Source: a virus (lineage: Duplodnaviria > Caudoviricetes). From it: DNA of 58,965 nucleotides. The position numbers and the translations under genes were made by a program. Shown in pieces: positions 51,777 to 58,965 of this stretch (positions are counted from its first letter, which is position 1; each line of letters opens with the position of its first letter). The stretch is taken from positions 1-58,965 of the IMG/VR virus record IMGVR_UViG_3300012210_000001; one strand, written 5' to 3'. A model generated the notes under the pieces. It saw only the letters and a list, made by a program, of their open reading frames with translations, made no database searches and had not been told where the DNA came from.

Positions 51777-52436
51777 ATGTCTTCAATATTTAACGATATC
51801 TTCGGTACAGGGTCTTCATGGAGTAATCCAGCGAATGCTGCGATGCCTTATTTACAGCAGATTCCCGGCACAATATCGCCGTATTATCAGCCCTATATTA
51901 ATACGGGCCAGAACTCCATGAACCAGTATTATAATAATTCAAGTCAATGGGCAACCCCTCAAGGTGCTTCCAATGATTATAATACCATTGCAGCGGGTTA
52001 TACCACTTCACCTTATGCCCAATATCAAGATCAAAATATGATTAATGCAGATGAACAATTTGCTGCTGCGAGTGGACAAGCGGGTACGCCAGCACAACAA
52101 GCCGCATTGGCTGACCAAATCAACGGTATTAATTCCAAAGATGAGCAAGCCTATATCAATTCTATTCTCGGTATACAGACCGAAGGTGAACATGGCTTAC
52201 AAGATTTAACGCATTTAGGTTACAACGCTTCCAATACATTAGCGGGTATGTTATCGAAAAACTTAAGTGCTGAAGGGGCTTTAGCATATACGGGACAGGC
52301 CAATCAAAATAAATATAATGCGCAGCAAGGCAATATGTGGTCAAGCATATTTGGTACCGCTGCTTCAGCAATTCCTTGGTTAGCTGGGGGCCTTACCTCA
52401 TCTGCAATTCCGGCTGCCATGGCCATGGCATTATAA
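51777..52436 (+). CDS. DNA ejection protein (gp7-like position)
   Basis: Q/N/A/G-rich; YQPYINTG and SPYAQY motifs; synteny. Confidence 0.7.
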   Translation: MSSIFNDIFGTGSSWSNPANAAMPYLQQIPGTISPYYQPYINTGQNSMNQYYNNSSQWATPQGASNDYNTIAAGYTTSPYAQYQDQNMINADEQFAAASGQAGTPAQQAALADQINGINSKDEQAYINSILGIQTEGEHGLQDLTHLGYNASNTLAGMLSKNLSAEGALAYTGQANQNKYNAQQGNMWSSIFGTAASAIPWLAGGLTSSAIPAAMAMAL

Positions 52437-52448
52437 GAGGAAACAATA

Positions 52449-53936
52449 ATGCAATTCCCCATTGAAGACTTGCCTTTACAATCGCCTCTGACGAGCAATA
52501 TTAATAATTCTCTGGATATTTACTCTAAGCTCCAACAAGCGATGGCTGCCCCTGAGCAAATGAAGATGCAACGGGCAATACAGCAAGCGGCTTTGCAGAA
52601 GCAACAAATGGATAATCAATATTATCCTCAAGATATTCAATCTCAGATTGCCTTAAAAAATGCTCAGGCATTAGCTCTTCAGAATAAAGCACCCTCTTAT
52701 CAATCGGGTATTGGTCAACAAGTGGCTGATCGTATGCAGTTAATCAAGCAGTATGGTCCGAACAGCCCTCAAGTTCAAATGTTTGATAAAAACATGGATA
52801 TTGTTAATGACAAAATGCAAGCGATGGCTGGATATCAAAGAGGATTAACGGATAGCCTTCCAACACGATATGCAACGCCACAAGCCAGGGCGCAGCTTAT
52901 GTCATTTGCACAGAATAAACTGGGTTTACCAACCGAAAAAGCAATACAGGTGGCAGCTAATCCAAGTAGATATTTCCCCATGGGGGCTGAGGGTAATCTT
53001 GATTTCAGTCAATTTCAACCGAATGGTATTCAACCCCAAGCACCGCCTCAAGGCATGATGCCAGGAATGGGCCAATTACCACCTGCTCAAATGGGCGGCG
53101 CGTCACCCAATCCAGCAGCCGGAATGACCATAAATCCACAAATGGCACAACAGGCAATCCAGGCTAATCCGCAAATAGGCCAACAATTAGGCGCACAGTC
53201 TCAAGGACAACCACCCCAACAACCTATGCCCAATGGATCGCCAATCTCAGCGGCATTGTCACAGGCCACCAATCAATTAACGCCGGATGAGAAGGCACGA
53301 GCGGGTCAGCAAGGATTGGAAACTCAATCATACATGGATACTAAGACAATTCCCGTTCAGCAGCAAAATGCTATTTATGCCGCTAATCGCGCCCGTGTTT
53401 ACGCCAATTCTTTAATTAAAGAAATGCCCAATATAACCCAATATTTTAATCCAGCCGGAAAACTGAGACTCACAAAAGATCAACTTTCTTCTGTCATGAG
53501 CGGAAAAGCACCGGAAGGATTACAAGATTTAGCCAATTTTAAATCAGATTTAGAAAACTATAAATTAGAAGCCGCTACTATGTTGAGAGTACCCGCTGAT
53601 CAACAAGGACGCGGTGATTTTGGAAAAGCATTTGATTTGAATAGTTGGTATACCAATCCTCAACTGGCGCAACAAACCCTAATGCATATTATGCAAAATG
53701 TAACGAATGCCGAGAAATTGAATGCGCAGCCCGTTGAGCAAGCGCGTCAGCAAAGCAACATTCCATTGCCATCCATAGGTCAAGCACTTTCTGCGCAAGG
53801 CAGTGGAAATAATGGTGCTGCACCTGCTCAAATGAGTATACCCAACTTCAATTCTAAATCTGAATTTCAGACATGGTTTAAATCAAAAACTCCGGCAGAA
53901 CAAGCGGCTATTAAACAACAAATGAGCAATCAATAA
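52449..53936 (+). CDS. DNA ejection protein (gp20-like position)
   Basis: Q/P/M-rich helical protein; synteny. Confidence 0.65.
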   Translation: MQFPIEDLPLQSPLTSNINNSLDIYSKLQQAMAAPEQMKMQRAIQQAALQKQQMDNQYYPQDIQSQIALKNAQALALQNKAPSYQSGIGQQVADRMQLIKQYGPNSPQVQMFDKNMDIVNDKMQAMAGYQRGLTDSLPTRYATPQARAQLMSFAQNKLGLPTEKAIQVAANPSRYFPMGAEGNLDFSQFQPNGIQPQAPPQGMMPGMGQLPPAQMGGASPNPAAGMTINPQMAQQAIQANPQIGQQLGAQSQGQPPQQPMPNGSPISAALSQATNQLTPDEKARAGQQGLETQSYMDTKTIPVQQQNAIYAANRARVYANSLIKEMPNITQYFNPAGKLRLTKDQLSSVMSGKAPEGLQDLANFKSDLENYKLEAATMLRVPADQQGRGDFGKAFDLNSWYTNPQLAQQTLMHIMQNVTNAEKLNAQPVEQARQQSNIPLPSIGQALSAQGSGNNGAAPAQMSIPNFNSKSEFQTWFKSKTPAEQAAIKQQMSNQ

Positions 53937-56500
53937 TGCCCTATACACCGACATTAGACGATATTGAAGAAATAGAAGGACAGCAAGCCAAAAGTGGTGG
54001 CTATAAACCTTCTTTATCGGATATTGATGAGATTGAGAATGCCCAGAATCTTCATATCGGCAATACTGCTTTAAGCAAAGATTTCAGATGGTCACAAGCA
54101 CCCCAACAATTGGCACAGCAAAGTTCATCTTTAGCTAAAACAATATTGGGTAATACTGAATATGGTACTTTAAATCTGGGTAGACGGATTGGCAATACTC
54201 AATTACAAGTTTTGGAAGCCATGGGTATTCATCCTTCTAAAATAGCGGCTGCATTAGGGTTGAAAGGTGTCCCAGAACAAATTCCAGAAAGCTATTTAGG
54301 CAAACAGAATTATGTCCCACAAGATACTGAAAATACTCCGATAGCCCAAGGTTCGCAAATGTTGGGTGGAACCGCTCCATTAGTACTATCAGCACCCGAA
54401 GCTGAGGGAGGAGCATTGCTGACAAAGGCGGCTGAACAAGCTCCTAAAGCGGCTGGATTCTTAGCAAAATATGTGGGTAAACCATTAGGACAATATGCTA
54501 AAAATATTGCATTAGGAACAGCAACAGCCCCATTCTATAGTGATCAATCTGTTCCGCAAGCAGGAAAAGAAGCGCTCACTAATCCTTTGATGCTTGGGTT
54601 ATCCGCTATTCCTTCAATGACACAAATAGGTTCTGATGCTGGACAGTCTATTAGTCAAAAATTAAAACGCTTAGGAGGGACAGCGACACCCGAAGAAATG
54701 CAACAACGATTAGCTGCTTTGAATGCATTAGGAATTAAGAATACCCCTCCCGCTAAAATTATCAGTAGTCCAAGTTTAGCACGTGCTGAATCATTATTAT
54801 CCGTTTCCCCTGGTTCTCCTATGGCTCAAGCTCAATTAGGAGTTGGCAAAGCATTTGGTCAAAATCTTAATGAAGGATTAGGTTCTATCGGTGTAAAGGG
54901 TGAAGGATTGGAGGGAGATACTAATCTAAAACAAGAAATTGCTAATGAAGTAGGTCAGAATTATTCAGCGCCTATTCATCAACAATTAACTGAAAATCTA
55001 CGTAGTCTATCGGGTAAATCGGATAATCCTTTAGAGTCACGCGGTGAAAATCTTCAAGAAGTACAGGATGAGTTAAATAATACGTGGAATCAACGTGTCA
55101 AACATAATCAAGATAAATATGATGCCATGGGCCAAACCGGAAAAGATGAAGGTGCTAGAGTAGCTCAAGATACTATTACTAAAAAAGCAAAAGAATTACG
55201 TGATGAAATGGATATTGTTAAGAGCCGTCATACATTAGGAGGCTTCGATTCAGATTTATATAATGATCTAGGTAATATTATTGATCAGAAAAAAACAATT
55301 GATTATTTCACCGGAAAACCTGATCAATATCCTCAGCAGGATTTTAAGGATGTCAATGCATTCAAGAAATATTATTGGGAAAAATCCGAACAAGCATATG
55401 CTTCTGGAAATAAACAAGCCGGTAAAAAATACCGTGCTTTATATAATGCTTATGATCAAGATATTAAGCAAGCCGCTGTCACTCATGTAAATCAAAATCC
55501 GGGTTCTCAATTGCTTGATCAATATATGGATGCACAAACAGATTATAAAAATAATCTGGTTCCTATCCAAGAAAACAAGGCTCTATTTGAGCATGTATTA
55601 GGGAAGCGACCTTCTGAACAATTAGCCAAGGACTTTGTGAAAACAGGTTCTTATGAAAATTCTACTTTAACAAAACAATTAATGGATGTTCTGTCTCCGC
55701 AAAGTCGTAATAAAATAGCATTATCCGTGGCGACCCGTGGAATGAATAATCTTGATCCTCAGAAGTTATTTAAAAATTTAGATACTTTAGGAGATAATAC
55801 TAAAAATACTTTATTTCAAAATTCACCGGAATTTATTAAGTCTATTTCTGATACAAAACAAAACTTTGATTCTAAATTATTTGAATATGGAACTGGCGAA
55901 CGGGATGCTAAAGATATTACAAAACAATATGTACCTTTAACAAAAGAAAGTGAAAATCCAACATTGACTAAGCGATTAATGAATGCACTTTCTCCTCAAG
56001 GAAAAGCTAAAGTTTTATTGGACAGAGTCAGCAAAGGTCAGACTGAAGCGGGTCCCGAAACACAATTAACGCCACAAGAAGTTATTAAACGATTTAATCA
56101 ATTACCACCCAGAACAAAAGCAATATTTAAACAGCAGTTTCCTAATTTTGTAGAACGCATGAGTAATCTTAAAACAGCCACAGGTATGTATCCGCCGGGT
56201 GATATGAATGCCATGCTCATTCCAAAGACCGGATTCACAAATGCAGCTCAAGACCCTATTAAAGAATTAGAGAAAGGTATTAAAGAAAGTCTTTTCAGTA
56301 AGGGCAATCTATTGACCATAGCTGGAAAAACCTTAACACCTATTGGGTTAAGACATTTATTAACCAAAGCATTGTTAAATACCAATGTACCACAACGCTA
56401 TTTGCAGTCTTTTGAGCCTATTCAACCACGGAATATGAATCAATTACCGATAGCTCAATTATTGGCTATGCAACAAGGACAAGCGGGAGCAAACAAATAA
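53936..56500 (+). CDS. Large DNA ejection protein (gp16-like position)
   Basis: 854 aa, helical, with internal repeats (Y.P.L.DI.EIE twice; EN.TLTK.LM..LSPQ twice); synteny. Confidence 0.65.
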   Translation: MPYTPTLDDIEEIEGQQAKSGGYKPSLSDIDEIENAQNLHIGNTALSKDFRWSQAPQQLAQQSSSLAKTILGNTEYGTLNLGRRIGNTQLQVLEAMGIHPSKIAAALGLKGVPEQIPESYLGKQNYVPQDTENTPIAQGSQMLGGTAPLVLSAPEAEGGALLTKAAEQAPKAAGFLAKYVGKPLGQYAKNIALGTATAPFYSDQSVPQAGKEALTNPLMLGLSAIPSMTQIGSDAGQSISQKLKRLGGTATPEEMQQRLAALNALGIKNTPPAKIISSPSLARAESLLSVSPGSPMAQAQLGVGKAFGQNLNEGLGSIGVKGEGLEGDTNLKQEIANEVGQNYSAPIHQQLTENLRSLSGKSDNPLESRGENLQEVQDELNNTWNQRVKHNQDKYDAMGQTGKDEGARVAQDTITKKAKELRDEMDIVKSRHTLGGFDSDLYNDLGNIIDQKKTIDYFTGKPDQYPQQDFKDVNAFKKYYWEKSEQAYASGNKQAGKKYRALYNAYDQDIKQAAVTHVNQNPGSQLLDQYMDAQTDYKNNLVPIQENKALFEHVLGKRPSEQLAKDFVKTGSYENSTLTKQLMDVLSPQSRNKIALSVATRGMNNLDPQKLFKNLDTLGDNTKNTLFQNSPEFIKSISDTKQNFDSKLFEYGTGERDAKDITKQYVPLTKESENPTLTKRLMNALSPQGKAKVLLDRVSKGQTEAGPETQLTPQEVIKRFNQLPPRTKAIFKQQFPNFVERMSNLKTATGMYPPGDMNAMLIPKTGFTNAAQDPIKELEKGIKESLFSKGNLLTIAGKTLTPIGLRHLLTKALLNTNVPQRYLQSFEPIQPRNMNQLPIAQLLAMQQGQAGANK

Positions 56501-56503
56501 TGA

Positions 56504-56629
56504 CTAATCCATTATATGCCCAAGTAAACAAAGACTACCGATTATCAATGAAGTCCACAGCAAATAGGTCAATAGACCAAAATGATAAGCCGTTACACCT
56601 ATGCAAAATAGAAAGAATAAAAAAAACAT
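56504..56629 (-). CDS. Antisense 41-aa membrane peptide; candidate superinfection exclusion protein
   Basis: Hand translation MFFLFFLFCIGVTAYHFGLLTYLLWTSLIIGSLCLLGHIMD*; GGAG 8 nt before the ATG; fills the intergenic gap. Confidence 0.55.
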   Translation of the reverse strand: MFFLFFLFCIGVTAYHFGLLTYLLWTSLIIGSLCLLGHIMD

Positions 56630-56641
56630 ACGAGGTACTCC

Positions 56642-58651
56642 ATGACCTGCTTAGTTAATGCCGTCATACCCGCCAGTCAATTCATGATCGCACCGTCCTT
56701 ACAGCAGGACTTTATTGACAAAGACACAGGCGAATTACTTGCCTTTGGCATTGTCACGTTCTACCGTGATGCGGATCATCTGACTAAAAAGCCAGTCTAT
56801 GCCGTGAGTGGGCCACCTGACGATCCTATCTTCACCGAATTGCCTAATCCTTTGATCTTAAGCGCAATCGGTACCTTCATTGATCCTAATAATGATCAAG
56901 ACATCATCCCCTACTATCGCCCTTATGACGATGAAGGAAATGTTGACCTTTATTATATTACCGTATACAGCGCCGATGATCAAGGGAATCCAGCGGTATT
57001 GCAATTTACGCGAGATCACTATCCTACGGTTAATATTAGTTCTAATAATACGCAAGTGTTTGCTGAGAACTTTTTGCCCAATGGACAGTTTTTATTACAT
57101 ATTACACAATCCAATCCCCTGGTCAATACTACTTCCATATTTCCGGTGGCGTATGGTTATTGGCAGTTCGCGCAAACATTGAATACCACTTCCGTTAATG
57201 CCGTCACTTTCCCACGCTTCAATTCGCCCAGTGATAATCCACTTCAAGACCCACGTTATGCGTGTCAAATCGCATGTACCTTAGCTGATCCAGCCGATGA
57301 TCGAAAAGATTTATATAATACAATTACTAATGTTAATTTTATGCAAGGCCAAGACTTAACATTTAGTATTACGACTTATTCCAATGATGGCAATAATCAT
57401 AATGTCAATTTTATTATAGAGCAAAATTTTGGAGTAGGTGGTTCACCTTCTGTCCAGACCGTTATTGAAACATTATTAGTGACTCCTGAAATACAGGCAT
57501 TTACTATTAACTTTACAATGCCTTCTACAATTGGGAAGACACTCTCTTCCTTAAATGGCGATACACTGAACTTAATACTCAGAGGGCCGATATCATCTAC
57601 TTCAACAATCAGTTATACCAACGCTATTTTAGTAGAAGGGACTTTTGCTGCTTTAACATATCGTCCTTTGACTCCTGAACAAGACACCGCTTTTTCATTA
57701 TCGGCTGTCTTTGATATTCCATTTTATAATGGGACTGATATTGGAAAGTTTGTTCAATTAACTCAATCAAATACGAGTAGATCGCTCCCCGGCTTTAAAT
57801 ATACCGATCTGTCCACCATATTAATTTTCCCTGGAATGCATTTTGCATATGTCGGCTCAACGGCTCCCAATGGTTTCAAAATTGAAAATGGTGATTCTTT
57901 TGCGGTACAAGCCGGAGGTGATTTAACCCCTTATGTGGATTTATTTAATGTCATCTTGCCAGGCTCTACGACAGGAACTTATGAATATGGTACGGGTATT
58001 AATGGATTTACAAATGCCACAGATATTACAGGATTAGGCCCACTTCCCGATAATCAATTATATATTGTTTGGAACCGATTTGACATTGCTCAACCTGCAC
58101 CGGATGCGGGTACATCAGGCTTCACATTTGTCTTAACAACTACTTTAACTCCTAATGTGAATCGTCAGGTATATACGCAAACAGTTCTACCTGCATCATC
58201 CATTACGGCGGGTCATTATTATCGTTTACCCGTCAACACAACCGGACCTCAATTTGTTCAAATGTTCTGGTTCACCATTGATGGTATAGGCACACAACCC
58301 GCTCCGGCTTTTAATAGTGTGGTCAAAATTGATCTCTTATCAACCGATACAGCTTTACAAGTACGCGATAAGATCGTGCGATTTGCCAACGGATTATTCC
58401 AAATACCGGACTTACAGGGCAGATCAATTCGATACTGGAATAATGGTTCTTATCATGATCCTATTCAATCGGATGCGCGCCAACCTTCGCAAAATAATAC
58501 CGCAAGTGTTGTTTCACCGGGGTTCATTTCATATATCACCGGAAATCAGGGTGACAATATTGGTTCATTTGATTTAGAAAACTTATTACCTGATCCAATA
58601 GGGACTTTTAATACTCAAGATTTATATTTTAACGCCATCATCAAAACTTAA
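56642..58651 (+). CDS. Tailspike / tail protein with head-binding-type N-terminus and collar-like domain
   Basis: LQQDFIDKDTGELLAFGIVTFY...LPNPLILSAIGT; collar-like PG....Y.GSTAPNGF....G and FQIPDLQGR motifs. Confidence 0.75.
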   Translation: MTCLVNAVIPASQFMIAPSLQQDFIDKDTGELLAFGIVTFYRDADHLTKKPVYAVSGPPDDPIFTELPNPLILSAIGTFIDPNNDQDIIPYYRPYDDEGNVDLYYITVYSADDQGNPAVLQFTRDHYPTVNISSNNTQVFAENFLPNGQFLLHITQSNPLVNTTSIFPVAYGYWQFAQTLNTTSVNAVTFPRFNSPSDNPLQDPRYACQIACTLADPADDRKDLYNTITNVNFMQGQDLTFSITTYSNDGNNHNVNFIIEQNFGVGGSPSVQTVIETLLVTPEIQAFTINFTMPSTIGKTLSSLNGDTLNLILRGPISSTSTISYTNAILVEGTFAALTYRPLTPEQDTAFSLSAVFDIPFYNGTDIGKFVQLTQSNTSRSLPGFKYTDLSTILIFPGMHFAYVGSTAPNGFKIENGDSFAVQAGGDLTPYVDLFNVILPGSTTGTYEYGTGINGFTNATDITGLGPLPDNQLYIVWNRFDIAQPAPDAGTSGFTFVLTTTLTPNVNRQVYTQTVLPASSITAGHYYRLPVNTTGPQFVQMFWFTIDGIGTQPAPAFNSVVKIDLLSTDTALQVRDKIVRFANGLFQIPDLQGRSIRYWNNGSYHDPIQSDARQPSQNNTASVVSPGFISYITGNQGDNIGSFDLENLLPDPIGTFNTQDLYFNAIIKT

Positions 58652-58663
58652 TCGGAGACATGA

Positions 58664-58965
58664 ATGCAAAGCGTCAGCACTAATTTAACAATTGCCAGTT
58701 CGCAAAATGGAATACCGTTTTATGCTATTCCTTGGACATCCATCAGCCAACAGATTGCACTTACACAGAATACGAGCGTAGGAGTTGCCATTCCCCAAGG
58801 TATGAATGCCGCTATTTTATATTATTCATCGGGTGCCACTGTAATGGTCAAGCAAGATTTAATTGGCGTGCCATTAACAGCGCCTACGAGCAGTTTTACA
58901 TTAACATCCGCAAAAATTAATCCACCGAGTTTAATAGTGGATGCGACCGATAGTAATGGTAATAA
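58664..58965 (+). CDS. Virion-module protein spanning the circular junction (about 130 aa, ends at 214)
   Basis: GGAG RBS upstream of ATG 58664. MQSVSTNLTIASSQNGIPFYAIP... is in frame with MVKQDLIG... (ORF 2..214). Confidence 0.75.
   Translation, partial: MQSVSTNLTIASSQNGIPFYAIPWTSISQQIALTQNTSVGVAIPQGMNAAILYYSSGATVMVKQDLIGVPLTAPTSSFTLTSAKINPPSLIVDATDSNGN
58843..58965. repeat. Direct terminal repeat / circular assembly overlap, copy 2
   Basis: Identical to 1-123. The ORF starting at 58664 runs in frame into ORF 2..214 across the join. Confidence 0.97.

Noticed and set aside
2043-58577. Numerous 60-180 aa ORFs nested in or antisense to long genes (e.g. 2043-2324, 4795-5349, 6994-7335, 43902-44108)
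   Set aside because: They are shadow frames of well-supported genes, without RBS or motif support.
42120-58651. Stop-codon reassignment
   Set aside because: Long genes are intact under the standard code, TAA, TAG and TGA all end genes in this genome, and no suppressor tRNA is present.

Overview
The window is almost certainly one complete, circularly assembled bacteriophage genome of about 58.84 kb: bases 1-123 recur exactly at 58843-58965, and one gene reads across the join. The virion module is P22-like (podovirus-type): TerL, portal, scaffold, coat, head-tail adaptor, gp10-like protein, three ejection-like proteins and tail/tailspike genes at 42120-58651, continuing into 1-5551. About 36 kb of mostly small accessory genes follow. 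These include RtcB, three canonical-fold tRNAs, two CsrA homologues, a Sak4-like ATPase, a DEDDh exonuclease, a VRR-NUC nuclease, orphan Phd/YefM-like and MbcA/ParS-like antitoxins, and a Prs-like + Nampt-like pair matching the NARP1 NAD-rebuilding anti-defence pathway. I recognised no integrase, DNA polymerase, helicase, primase, replication initiator or endolysin. The most novel-looking element is a promoter-driven RNA array at 13049-13387: a long hairpin, a degenerate tRNA-like RNA, a tRNA-Leu without the long variable arm, and a 39-nt natural tRNA minihelix carrying the alanine identity set (G3:U70, A73, encoded CCA). Other unannotated signals are a phased promoter motif with tandem GTAC operators, several candidate structured ncRNAs, and an antisense 41-aa membrane ORF at the P22 sieA-equivalent position. 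All product calls are from motif recognition by eye; no searches or folding programs were run.
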